DNA of 64,000 bases from Octopus sinensis (taxonomy: Eukaryota). The stretch covers positions 154,318,001 to 154,382,000 of the forward strand of contig NC_042997.1 in NCBI RefSeq assembly GCF_006345805.1. The letters run 5' to 3'. Below, one piece after another: positions 47,245 through 60,001 of this stretch (its first letter is position 1; every line of letters begins with the position of its first letter). The position numbers were made by a program, and so were the translations under genes. The notes under the pieces were generated by a model, which saw only the letters and a list, made by a program, of their open reading frames with translations, did not search any database and was not told the origin of the DNA.

Positions 47245-48665
47245 TTTCAAAACCCACCCATGGCTGATGAAAGCTGTACAGGTCATGTACATAGATGCTA
47301 TCAGTAAGGTGAGAGTTAATGGTTATAACAAAGAATTTGGTGTACAAGTAGGAGTTCATCAAAGTCCAGTCCTTAGTCTTCACCTTTTCATCATTGTCCT
47401 CCAAGCCATAAGAAGAACTCAAGATTGGAAGCCTGTGAGAACTACTGTATGCTGATGATCTTGTCCTCATAGCAATTTCCATATCAGAGCTAGAAGAGAA
47501 ATTTTATTTGTGGAAGCAAAATTTGGAATCTAAAGTCCTTAAGGTCCTCGTAAGCAAGAAAACTGACAGGATCCTACCCATTCAGGTAGGTGGCCCTGTT
47601 CAATTTATAGGAAAGGTGTAGGCAGGAACTCCATATGGTGCATCCGATGTAAGCTATAAACACATGAGTTGCAGTGGATTATTAGGAAGATTATCTGAGA
47701 AGGTAGTGTTCGGGAAATTGATTTTCTCAAATGCCCTGGTAGCTCATTAGAGATATTAGATAATTTTTGCTACCTAGGAGACCAAGTTAGTAGTGCAGTT
47801 GGATGCACAGAGACTGTGATAGAATAAGAATAGGATGGAGGAAATGCAGAGAACTTACCTTTGTTGGCGACAAAAGGTTTCTGTCTCTGAGTGAGAGAAG
47901 ATTGTATGATGCATGTATATGGACAACAATTCTACATGATAGTGAGGCATGGGTCATGAATGCAGAGGACATGCGAAAATTAGAAAGGAATGTGGTTAGT
48001 ATGCTCTGTTGGATGTGCAATGTAAGTGTACATGTTCATTAGAGTGCTAGTGTTATGAGAGAAGTTAGGCATAAAAGGAATTGGTTGCTGTGTGCAAGAG
48101 AAAAGACTGTGCTGGCTTGGTCATGTGATGCAGATGGATGCCAACAGCTCCATAAAGAAGTGCCAATCTTTAAAAGTGGATGGAGTACATGGAAGTGGGA
48201 GACCCAAAAAGACATGGGACGAAGTGCTGAAGAAAGACCAAGACACTGAACCTTTAAGGCGAGATGACAAAGGACTGAGATACCTAGGGCATGCTGTATT
48301 CAAGAAGGCCCTTACTCTGCAACAGAAGTGTTAAGACTGTTCCCCCTGGTGGTGAGGATTAACTTGGAAGAGTCTTGTGCTGGTACCACATAAAAAAAAA
48401 CCACTTGTGGTGGTGCCACATTAAAGCACCTGTGTGGTTCCACTTAAAAGCACCCATGTGATGCGATGTAGAGCCATGTGTGCCCGTGTAGAGCCATGTA
48501 AAAGCATCAACACACTTTACAAAGTGGTTGGCATTAGGAAGGCATCCAGCTGTAAAAACCATGCCAAGTAAGTCTGGAGTCTGATGCAACTCTCTAGCTT
48601 GCCAGCTCTGATCAAACTGTCCACCCCTTGACAGCATGGACAGCGGATGTTAAATGATGATGATG
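47245..48665 (+). mobile_element. 5'-truncated RTE LINE (RT motif to (GAT)n tail), degenerate
   Basis: GVHQSPVLSLHLFIIVL; YADD (47448-47459); WKQNLESK; RIRIGWRKCREL; WLGHVMQMD; GRPKKTWDEV; tail ending about 48665. Confidence 0.92.
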
Positions 48666-48762
48666 AATGGCATAAAAATTTCAAGTGATAATAGTAATGT
48701 GTGCAACAATGACCCAGAATAATCGATGAATTCCTAACCTTGCTTATTTCTTTCTTTTTCAG

Positions 48763-48824
48763 AAACTTTTTGTAATTTTCTTGTTTAGTGAACATCACAT
48801 GGACCAAGCTATAAAATTCATGAA
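48763..48824 (+). CDS. VMP1: VMP1 coding exon 8 (KLFVIFLFSEHHMDQAIKFM)
   Basis: Acceptor tctttttcag; aligns to human KIFVIITFSKHIVEQ (recalled); donor AA|GTAAGT, phase 2. Confidence 0.92.
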
Positions 48825-49249
48825 GTAAGTGGAATAGTCATAATCTGTTTCAGTCCGTTGATTATGTTTTAAGTTGCTGTAGAATCCTTACTTTCACTTA
48901 TGTCCATACAAATAGAAATCTACATTTTAATTAGGTAAATGAAAGTCTTGATATCATTCAGCCAGTAGTATGGTGGATCTATTACACTGTCCTGTTTAAT
49001 ATCACTTCATCCTTGGATGTTTTTAATAGGGTTCTCTCTGTTGCAAGTATCTGGACTACATCTCGTCTAACCAATTCATGCCTATGTTGGCTGGTGGCAT
49101 GTGGTTAAGTAATATACTTCACAACCATGTGGTAGTGAGTTTGATCCTACTCTGTGGCACCTTGAATAAATGTCCTTTGGGTTGACTAATACTTAGTGAA
49201 TGAAATTTGTTAGGTGGAAATAGTGCAGAAGCCTGTCATATCATCATTA

Positions 49250-49660
49250 TTGTTTTAACATCCACTTTTCCATGGTTGCATGGTTCAGACACATTTTGTT
49301 GGAGCATTACGTTTATGGCTAGATGTCCTTCCTGTTGCCAACCTTCACCTATTTCGAAGCAAAGTAATTCTCCCCAAGGCTGAACATGTTTTCACAGAAG
49401 ATTAGAAATGAGCACCACCTGTGTGACTGTAATACTTGTTTGCAACTACTGCACAATGTCAAGACAAGGAAACACTGACACACATACATATGCACACCAT
49501 GGGCTTCTTTCAGTTTTCATCTACCAAATCCTCTCACAAGGCTTTTGTTGGCTCTGGGCTATAGTAGAAGACACTTGTCCAAGGTGCTATGCTGTGGTAC
49601 TGGACCTGAGACGATATAGTTGGGATGTGAACTTCTTAACTACACAGGCATACTTGTGCC
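49250..49660 (-). mobile_element. Composite SINE (A head, RTE tail)
   Basis: Same organisation as 8371-8760. Confidence 0.75.
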
Positions 49661-49699
49661 ATCAAATAAATATATACACACATACATTACTGACGTCTG

Positions 49700-49870
49700 T
49701 GCTGGTGATATGTAAAAAGTGCCCATAACACTCTTGGAGTGGTTTGCATTAGGAAGGACATCCTGCTGTATAAACCATGCCAAATCAGACTGGAACTTGG
49801 TGCAGCTTACCAGTTTCTGTCAAACCGTCTAACCCATGCCAGCATGGAAAGCAGACGCTGATTGATGTTG
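49700..49870 (+). mobile_element. RTE 3' UTR fragment
   Basis: Tail GCATGGAAAGCAGACGCTGATTGATG; forms an inverted pair with 51131-51300. Confidence 0.8.
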
Positions 49871-50091
49871 ATGTATGAGCATATATATATATATAGATAT
49901 ATCATATTTGATTGGAAGCTAAAATTTCATAATCATTATTCTAAGTTCCTTGCTTTTGATCTTTGAAGATGGTGATGAGAAGCTTAGAGTAATGAATTAT
50001 GAAGTTCCAAATTCCATTAAAATATATTAATTTACTTGTGCACTCTCTCTCCTTGTTCTCACTCAAGTGTTACACAAACACACATACACAT

Positions 50092-50136
<45 letters not shown>

Positions 50137-50413
50137 AGCGGGTGCATTTCATGATTTTTACATAAGTTTTTTCCCTGTATGCTGGTGTGGACTTTTGTTC
50201 CTTGTAAATAGCTAAAATAAATACCAAAGTATATGGGTTGATATCATTGAGTGAAGCACTTGATGTCAGTGCTTGAATTTAGTAAAAGAATATATTCATG
50301 TGTGTGTATATGTTTCTGAGTTAAACATCTGTTATCGATTTTATTTATTCTTGTTTCAGACTGTAACTTTGCTGGGGCACCAAGTTAACTTTTCCGTTTT
50401 TTTTTCTCTGTAG

Positions 50414-50513
50414 GTTTATTCCATTTATTGGTCCTTATACGCAGGCACCATTTATGAAATGGTTGGAACAACAGAAGAATAAATTGCATAATCCAGATCC
50501 TCAAGTTAGTCAA
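50414..50513 (+). CDS. VMP1: VMP1 coding exon 9 (FIPFIGPYTQAPFMKWLEQQKNKLHNPDPQVSQ)
   Basis: Acceptor ctctgtag; P.IGP..Q.PF...LE.Q..KLH motif; donor CAA|GTAAGT, phase 0. Confidence 0.93.
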
Positions 50514-51130
50514 GTAAGTTCCCTGTTTGTATTCAAATAATGATAGCAGTTTACAGATATGTGATCAACTGCATTCCATTTGTGATCATCCTTCATATTT
50601 ACCAGCATCTAGAAGTGTTTTATCTAATGTGTCCTTCTTTGAAGGATGTTATATTAGGGAGCATTAAAAAGTTAACAAAGAATAATTATATGGTGACAAA
50701 TAATATTATCATCACTAATATTGTCCAATTACTATTATAATTAATTCAGCAGGTAAGGGAGGCAACTCTCAATATGTTTCAGTTTTATTGTCAACCCTTT
50801 AGCAAAACATGACCTTCAATATACAAACTTCTTAGCAACATACAAACTTCTTAGCAACAATTTTCTAGCTTTTTATAAATAATTATTATAAAAAGCATTG
50901 AGCTGGCAGAATTGTCGGCACATTCTTTTCACCACTTAATTTTCAGAGCTCAAATGCCACCGGGTTGATAAAATAAACTAACCAGGCTTCTCAACCATAT
51001 GGTCTTGGGTTCAGTCCTACTGTGAGTCACATTGGGCAAGTGTTCTGCTATTATAGTGCTGGCCTTGTGAGTGGGTTAGGTAAATGGAAACTGAAAGAAG
51101 CCTGTGGTGTATGTATGTGTGTGTACCCTT

Positions 51131-51310
51131 TAGCATCTGCTTCCCATGCTGGAATGGGTTGGACAGTTTGACTGAAACTGGTAAGCTGGATAGCTGCACC
51201 AGGTTCCTATCTGATTTGGCATGGTTTCTACAGCTGGATGTCTTTCCTAATACCAACCACTGCAAGAGTGTAATAGGTGCTTTTCACATACCACCGGCAT
51301 GAGGTGTCAG
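51131..51310 (-). mobile_element. RTE 3' UTR fragment
   Basis: Reverse complement closely resembles 49700-49860. Confidence 0.8.
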
Positions 51311-51584
51311 TTAAGTGGCACCAGCAGTGGCCACAACTTCGATTTCACTTGGCTTGAGTCTTATCCAGCATGGAATGTCACCAAGCGTCTCAGTCACTTA
51401 TCATCTTCAATGGTTATAAATGAGCTTCATCATCAGGGTGTAAGGGATGTTGTTCATTTCCACCATGGGAAATATTACCCTGCTTGGAGGTGAGTGTTGG
51501 TAACAGGAAGAGCATCTGGCTGTAGATAATCTGTCTCAATAAATTCAGTCTGACCTATGGATGTTAAATTATTATTATTAATAT

Positions 51585-51763
51585 GGCATGTAAAAAGCAC
51601 CCACTACACTCACGGAGTGGTTGGCGTTAGGAAGGGCATCCAGCCGTAGAAACACTGCCAAATCTGACTGGGCCTGATGAAGCCTTCCGGCTTCACAGAC
51701 CCCAGTTAAACCGTCCAACCCATGCTAGCATGGAAAACGGATGCTAAATGATGATGATGATGA
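51585..51763 (+). mobile_element. Young RTE 3' tail (6065 subfamily)
   Basis: Near-identical to 30170-30335. Confidence 0.9.
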
Positions 51764-51775
51764 ATATTTAGACAA

Positions 51776-51955
51776 CAAGCTGGCAGAATCACTACAACCC
51801 TGGGCACAATGCTTAGTGGCATTTCATCCATCTTCAAATCCCACTGCAGCCAACTTTGCCTTTCATTCTTTCAGGGTCAATAAAAGCAAGTACCAGCTGA
51901 GTACTGGGGTCAATGTAACTGACCCCCCCTCCCCGAAATTGCTAGCCTTGTGTTG
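51776..51955 (+). mobile_element. SINE family E with (ATT)n tail abutting the last VMP1 acceptor
   Basis: GCTGGCAGAATC head; CAACTTTGCCTTTCATTC core; (ATT)n at 51958-52008. Confidence 0.75.
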
Positions 51956-51973
51956 AAATTATTATTATTATTA

Positions 51974-52008
<35 letters not shown>

Positions 52009-52018
52009 TTCTTTTCAG

Positions 52019-52156
52019 GGGACTAATCCATTATCATACATATTTGAGAAAGCTGTATTACTTATGGTAGCATATTTCATGCTTTCTATCATCAATTCAA
52101 TGGCTCAAAATTATCATAAACGGATGAGCAAATCTAAAAATCGCTTGGATGATTAA
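52019..52156 (+). CDS. VMP1: VMP1 last coding exon ([45 protein letters not shown])
   Basis: Acceptor cttttcag after an (ATT)n tract; [21 protein letters not shown]-terminal motif; TAA at 52154-52156. Confidence 0.97.
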   Translation, partial: GTNPLSYIFEKAVLLMVAYFMLSIINSMAQNYHKRMSKSKNRLDD

Positions 52157-52160
52157 TAAA
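52155..52160 (+). terminator. AATAAA polyadenylation signal overlapping the VMP1 stop codon (further AATAAA at 52269 and 52286)
   Basis: Sequence gatTAATAAAgag; usage unverified. Confidence 0.35.
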
Positions 52161-52745
52161 GAGACACAAATGAAACGATGGGGTGGGGCGGGGTGGGGTT
52201 CATCATAAAAGAAAACGAGATGAAAACTAGTGAAAAATATATTTAAAAAAAAAAAAAAAAAGAAACCCAATAAACATTGAAGTTGAATAAAGGCAAGTCC
52301 AGAAGAACTGGAATAAGGGAGGAAAAAAAAAAAGTTAAAACTAAAAGAAAAATTCACCAAAAAAATATTTCTTTTCCATCCATAAAATATTCTTGGGTAT
52401 TATTTCTGTTTTTGACAACCCACTGTCGTTGTTGTTAACATCTGTTATATAACAGTAGACCGAAGGACCTTGAAGGAAATATAACCAAGGAATTACGTTC
52501 ACTTTTTGTATAAATATAACTGAAAACTCTCCCTATATATGTGCACACAAAAATTTTATTTATATTTTTTAACCAATTTAATTGATAATTTGAAAAGGAA
52601 AAAAAAATACATAAACAAAACAAATATATCTAACAAAATCAACATCAAGTAACAAAGAAGGAAAAAAAAAAAATCACCGTCATTCTGCTAATTTTTCGTG
52701 AATTTGGAAGACAGTCAGAGATAAAAGAACACAACAAAAAAATGC

Positions 52746-52916
52746 AATATATATATATATATATATGTTTGTTTGTGTGTGTGTATAAATAAAATGTGTG
52801 TTTGTATGTATGTATATATATATATACATATATATGTATATTTGTGCATGTGTGTGTGTGTATATATATATGTATATTTGTGTGTGTATGTATATATATA
52901 TATATACATATTTTTG

Positions 52917-52954
<38 letters not shown>

Positions 52955-53032
52955 CATATATGATTGCTATAGCCACCTATATTATAATGTATTTAATATA
53001 TCTTCATATATTATTATGTTATTGTATGTTAC

Positions 53033-53075
<43 letters not shown>

Positions 53076-53110
53076 CATATACACATGTATAATTATTTAT
53101 ACATATATTT
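52746..53110. repeat. Large compound (TA)/(TG)/(CA) microsatellite in the VMP1 3' region
   Basis: Read directly. Confidence 0.95.
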
Positions 53111-55275
53111 TTATTATACACACACACGAAGCTCTCTTCTTCAAATGACTCAAAATACATAACATACCTTATTTCCCCCTAATTTCAGAGACATTTGAGC
53201 TAATTTCTCTTGTTTTTGGAGAAAAAAATAGCCCAGTTTCCGGAAACAAGAAATTCCCAATTTTCTGTTTAATGTTTAGTTTAGTGTCGGATTCTGATAG
53301 GTTTTTGTCAACAGCCTTGTACATCATCTACTTAGGACTTTAACCAATTTAAATTGGGTAAATCATAAAAAATGATAACATTTCCAGAGAAACAAACGAA
53401 AAGAAACAACAAAAACACAAAAACCCTCTCTTAAACTTAATCAGGTTATCATTTTGTTTTCAACTTGATCTACCATAACTTTCTGTCTGTGTGTATACAT
53501 GTACGTATATGTATATATACATGTCTGTATGTGTGTGTGTATGCATGTAAAATCTGGTTTTATTCTAAAAATTCCTCCCCCAAAGAGAAAGAGCAGGTCT
53601 CTAAACCTGAAACAAGGCTATTTCATTGGAATTTTGATCACGTCAGCTAAATAGCCTTATAAGCATATGTGCAGGTGTATGTGTGTCTGTCTGTCTGTCT
53701 GTATGTATGTATGTATGCATGTGTGTGTATATACATGTATGTATATAACCATATGTATATATATTTATATATATACACACACACACACATACACACCTTT
53801 GTGTATATATGTATGTGTGTGTATATATATATTCATTCCAATTTGTTCTCCTTACCTTTATCTCTTTGTTTCATGATCAAACAAATGTTCAATTCTGATG
53901 ATTATTAAAAAGAAAGAATGTTTTCTCTGTGCTATTTTTTTTCTTTTTGTTGTTTTGTTTTCCCCCATGAATTATTCTTTCAATGTTTGTGAGAATTTTG
54001 TGCTTTTGTCTATGAAAAAATATATTTTTTGTTGCTTCAGACATGTTGCTTATATTTTTGTCTGGGAATTATGGAAGAATATAATGTAAGGAATGGAGTT
54101 AGTATACTTTTCATCTATATTTTGTATATAATTATATCGATAATTATTGTTATTACTTGCAATGTATGCTTCCTTATAAAATTCTCTCAAATGTTATATA
54201 TTTTTTATTTTTCCTGTCTTATTTCCTCTTCTCATATCCAGTAATGATTGTTATTTTGATCTGACTTTATTCACAGCTTTTATCAATCAATTTACAATAT
54301 TTTGCTTCTGTTGGTTATCAAAGTTGTTTTAGCCTACTAGCAGCGAAAATATTCATGAAAATAATGTTCCTAAAATAGGAATTAATCATGTGTTGCTGTC
54401 AACTAGTGTATTTGTTGATTTTTTTGTCTTGGTGTGTTCCTACAGCCACAATCATTAAAGAACTTAAAGACCAATTGTGACATTGCATTGAAAAAAAAAA
54501 TTCTTTTTTCAATTTTATTATATTCATATAGTTGTTTTTTTTAATTCTTTTTTTTTTTGTAATTAAACTAGCTGCAAATAATTTCTCTAACAAATTTCCA
54601 GTAATGCAGTTTATGCTCAATATCAACCAGCTGTTGAAGTTTAGTGTTAACTAACACATATTTTATTTTAACCTTGCAATAGAAAATTCTTTAAAAGATA
54701 AAAAAAAAAGGTCCTCTCACTAAGTTTGTACTACAACTTGATTCTTTGACCAAACGTTTGTTTCATTGGCTTTTATAAAGTTTTTTTTTTTAATCATGCC
54801 TTCTTAACGAAATGCATTACAAAACATTTTTAATTGACCCTCCATTTATAACTAATATTTACTGTTACCAACAAAGGAATGCCAAACTGTATATTCCTAT
54901 CTGTTTGGCATCTGTTCTTTCAACACTTTTAAATTTACACACACACATTACATTTAGGCTATTTGTGTATCTCCTTATGAAGCAGGTATTCTCACATCCA
55001 TTCACTTGTTACAAACTCTTTAATTTAAAACCCAATGTTTGATATTTGCTAGCTTGTCAATACCAAAAAATCTTTCACCACAGCCTCAACCACATTTCTT
55101 TCATTTTGATCACATTTTAGATTATCTTTAGAACAGATCCTCAGGTGTTTGTATCTACCTGTGTGCAGTTTCAGCTCATCCAAAGTATCACCATTAGTAG
55201 TCATCCTTTACATATCTGCCACTTCACATGTCTACCCTAACACACACCCTGTCTCTGCCATTACCAATATTCTCT

Positions 55276-55385
<110 letters not shown>

Positions 55386-55538
55386 GAATGCCTTGAGAAA
55401 CTGCAGAGAGTTTCCTACAGACTATCACTCACCAGGATTGATAGAAATTAGTCAGATGTTAGCTACTGAAGTGTGACTTTGATAGGCTAGAGGAACACCA
55501 GTTTTTTCACATATAATATATGGATGTGAGTGTATACA

Positions 55539-55569
<31 letters not shown>

Positions 55570-55575
55570 GTATAC

Positions 55576-55608
<33 letters not shown>

Positions 55609-56009
55609 CATATAGACAGACACATCTACACACACACACATAACATTTACTACTACTAACTGTTGTGAAGTCTGATTTTTCTGATGAATGATCTATTAGA
55701 ATGATTATTGTCTTTTAATCTAATCTGAATTGGTGCTGTGGTTCACTGCTTTGGCACTTGTACACTAGATCACTGATAGGTAATTTCCCTGTTGAAAATA
55801 TACATATACTGGATTTATAATTATCATCATCCTAAATTATAATTCTATAAATTGCAAAAGTTGGAAGTTCTAGTCAAGTTTATTAGATTTTGAAATTCAA
55901 AGTTCTTAAAATTCTTTTTTTTTTATAATGTTTGCCAGCATGGAAAGTAGATGTTAAATAATGTTGATGATGAGGGCATTCAGATTCAGAAAGTTACCTG
56001 TAGTTATGG

Positions 56010-56330
56010 CATTGCCGTGTGGTTATGAAGCTTGCTTTTTAACTATGTAGTTTCTGGTTCAGTCCCATTGTATGGCGTCTTGATCTTTCTATCAACCAGA
56101 GCCTTGTGAATGAATTTGATAGATAGGAACTGTGGAAGTATGTTATATATATGAGTGTGTGTATGTGTGTATCTTTATATTGGTTAACCGTAACTTGGTA
56201 GTGGTTCAGCAAAAGAAACAGAAAGAAGTATCAGATTTAAAGATATAAGCACTGGGATGATTTGTTTACCTTAACCCTTCAAGTTGGTGCCCCAGCATGG
56301 CCACAGTCCAATGACTGAAACAAAAGACAA
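56010..56330 (+). mobile_element. SINE family A copy (diverged)
   Basis: Head GCCGTGTGGTTATGAAGCTTGCTT; tail GGTGCCCCAGCATGGCCACAGTCCAATGACTGAAACAAAAG. Confidence 0.8.
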
Positions 56331-56418
56331 AAAAGAATCAACACAATTATTTCTGTAACAACACATGTTGGGTCTCACACAGGCACATATATGCATACAT
56401 ATATATACCTAACATCCA

Positions 56419-56465
<47 letters not shown>

Positions 56466-56636
56466 ACACGCACACACACATACACAAACAGATGTTTGAA
56501 TATGTCTTTTTCTGTACAGTTACTGAGGTTACTCATTAGTTTGAAAACAGTCAACTTGTTTTAAATGTCATTCTGGCCAACAAATGTGATTAGTATATAG
56601 TGCAGAACTTGGCCTAACATATCAGTTGATTTTTAA

Positions 56637-56860
56637 AACCCTTTAGCATATTTGAAAGATTACTCTTTCAAATGTTTTTTTTTTTATTCACATTGTTTTG
56701 AATTAATCATGCATTATATTATAATTTTAAGATTTCAATGATATGATTATTTTTAGAATGGCATTATAGATTAGGTGTGAGAGGTCAAACTTGTCTGGTT
56801 TGAACATAAAATACACAGAATATTTAAGACTGATATGGCCAGCTTCAATGCTAAAGGGTT
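56637..56860 (+). mobile_element. piggyBac-type MITE with 13-bp perfect terminal inverted repeats
   Basis: AACCCTTTAGCAT (56637-56649) / ATGCTAAAGGGTT (56848-56860). Confidence 0.85.
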
Positions 56861-59800
56861 CATTGTAATATAATCATTAGTAACTTGTTACTATCACTAT
56901 TTCGATCTAAGTTTAAATTAAAATTAAATTTTTTTTTTAAATGTTCAATTTAATAATATATGTTGCTATTAAAACTGCTTATGTTGCTATTCAGAAATAG
57001 GCAATAAACATATTTCAACTAGAGAAAGATTATTGCAGAAGTGGGAGTTAATTGTGATTGGAAAATATAATTAGAATGAGATTTAAATGATAAAATAATG
57101 AATAAATTGTTTACAAATAAGATGAAATGATATTTATAAAATACAATTAGAAATCTCAGATTCTAATTATATTTGAATATAATTTTGAAAATATAATTAG
57201 AATCAAAGATTCAAATGGAAGGTAAATAAAATAATGAATAAATTATTTGCAAATAAAAATGAAATAACTAATGAGCATATAATAATTTATCTTGGAAGTA
57301 AATACTACACAAAGCCACACATATATACACACACGCACATAAACACATGGTTATTGTGTGAGCATATATGCATTCTGTTACATTTGTGTTTGCTCATTTT
57401 AGAAAACAAACATTCCAGGACTGGCTTCCAAACAATTTTAACAAGAGTGTTTTTATAGCATTTAGTGAAAATTTTGTTCTGATTTCTATTAAAAAAAAGA
57501 AAATAGAAAAAAATATCCTTTCAAAAAAAAAAAGAGAAAAAGAATGTAATAAAATTAATTTCTCATTCGGTGACTTTATTCTTCCCTCCTTTTAATTAAA
57601 GCCAAATAATAACAATAATAATAATAACACTATTGTTTGTGATATGTATTATTATTTATAAACTAATATTTCAATGCAGATATACAACTGATAATGTTAA
57701 GTTGTGGCATGGCTCACTATAGATCTATATGTTCTGACTGACTTCCTCATTTGTTGCCAAAATATATTTGTGGCATGAATTATGCGGTGCAATTTCAGCC
57801 TTATTATGTTCATTTTGTGCCTATATTTCTTTACTGAGTGTTTTCTCTCTCTCTCTCTGCTTATTTTCCTTGTTGAAAGCCACAATGTTTGACAGGGGAA
57901 AAGGTTAAGTCTACTGCTTTCATTGAATGAAAAACCAAAAAAATGGATCACAGTATATTTATTACAAATATTTAAATCCTGCAAGCACAAAAAAGTAAAA
58001 ATAAATAATGATAGTAATAAATAAAAATAAAATGTAATTTTATTTGTTGTTTTGATATTATTTTTAGAGCAGTGAAGGTGTCTAACAAAATGGAATGTAT
58101 TTAGTTTGTGCCTCGTTGTTCTGAATTCAAATCTGGCTGGGGTGGGGGGTAATTTTACTTGTCATTCTTCCAGTTGCTGATAAACTAAGTACCAGTAATA
58201 TACTGTGTACTTTTAACTGACTATAGCTGTCTCCTACTAAAACACTAATTTTATGCCTTGATGCACGAAAAAATGTCTGTTTTCTAACATTGGCACATGG
58301 CTTTTGATTTTTGGCCCAAGTATTTGACTTTATTTGAAATACAGGGTTAAATTTAAATGAAAGAAGTAAAAGAATTTTAATAATGTTACTAATATTAAAA
58401 CCAGATTATTCTTAATAACTGTCAAAGTTATCTTTTCTTATTGTATACATTCTGTAAAAAATATATTCTGAGGTGAATTTCTCAGGTAAATAGCCACTGG
58501 TTTTGAGGATGAGAAGTTTTTGTTATTATTTTGTCCTTTACTATTATTTTGATTTTTCTAACACAACACTCTATTCTTTAAAAATAAAAATAAAACTAAG
58601 TAATTATATTTGAGAAAACTAACAAATTTTCAAAGTAAAAAAAAATATATATATAAATATAAAATGCTCAGCATTTTAATAATGTCTTTGAAAGAAAATA
58701 TGCTGTTCTGCTTTGAAAAGGAAGGGAATCATTATTTTGTTGTTTTAATTCTTAATTTTTAAGAGTATTTTTTTCTTTCTTGAATGTTCATACTAATTAT
58801 GTAATATATACAATATTTTGTTACCATTACTGGCTTGCTCTCCAAAGAAGTAATGTATATATTGTCTTTTTTATTTATTATTATTATTATTATTTTTTTT
58901 TTGGTCAGAAGTTCACTGACAGACCAATTGATTAAATAAAACAGTTTTATTAAAATTTTTTTTTCCATTTTTCTGTTTAATTTTCCTATTTTTCAGTTTT
59001 ACGTTTCACAGAAAAATACATTTTGTTTATTAGCTTCTTTTGATTTCAAACCTTTCGAATTTGTAAGACACAATATTGACTGGTATATTGACTTTAATTC
59101 TAAATTCTATTTTCATAAAAAGCTGATGCCCTGTTTGCACTGATTTCACATATATAGTATTAATCTAATTTTGATTATCAGGGAAGTCAATCCCTTCACC
59201 TTACATCATTGATAACTTTCACTAAAGAATGAACATGACTGTCTTCTCTACTCCTAAAAGAATTTTGTTTTCCACTGACTAGGAGTAATCAGAGGCAAAA
59301 ATTCATTCATATATTTCAGAGTTACAGCAACCTACAAACAGAAGTTCACATGTTTGTATATACTTTTACAAATATCATGCCTTGGTTCCCTGTTGACAAG
59401 CCTCTGATATTAAATAAAATTTTGAACACTTATAGCATGCTAATTAGTAGCTCCACTTCTCTGAAGCTACTGAATTAGATGTGTTTATAATTGGATTGGC
59501 TGCTTGTTTCTCTGGGAATATTTGAGTGACACACACACCTCTGATGTGACTTCTGTATGGGTTGAAAATTGATTAAGGCCGTTCATTTTTCCAATTTGTG
59601 AAGATATAGGTAAATTTGACATGTTTGCATGTCTACTACATAGGCTTATATATAAATGTTTGAAAAAAATACCTTTAAGTGATGCAAATGAACACTTAGG
59701 TAAAGGTGTTATGTAATCATCTTTTCATATTTCAGGAAAATTCCCTTTTTCATATAGAATGTTTTCCTGAAATATGATAGGATCATTAAATAACTTATGT

Positions 59801-59960
59801 AAGGTGATAATATATTTTCTCTTTGTTTTTGTAAATTAACATCACTTTAGATATTTAGCCCAACTCTTTATCTACATTGCTCAAAGGGATTTTTTTCCAA
59901 ACATACAATTTGGCCACATTGCAATGCTTCAAACAAATTACAATACTCTTTGGCACACGC

Positions 59961-60001
<41 letters not shown>

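Noticed and set aside
50821-50858. 19-bp direct tandem duplication ATACAAACTTCTTAGCAAC x2
   Set aside because: An ordinary slippage duplication deep in an intron.
52715-53162. ORFs of 80-129 aa rich in Y/I/C/V/H/T
   Set aside because: Translations of dinucleotide microsatellites; the same applies to similar ORFs at 5832, 6811, 16499, 37972 and 53667.
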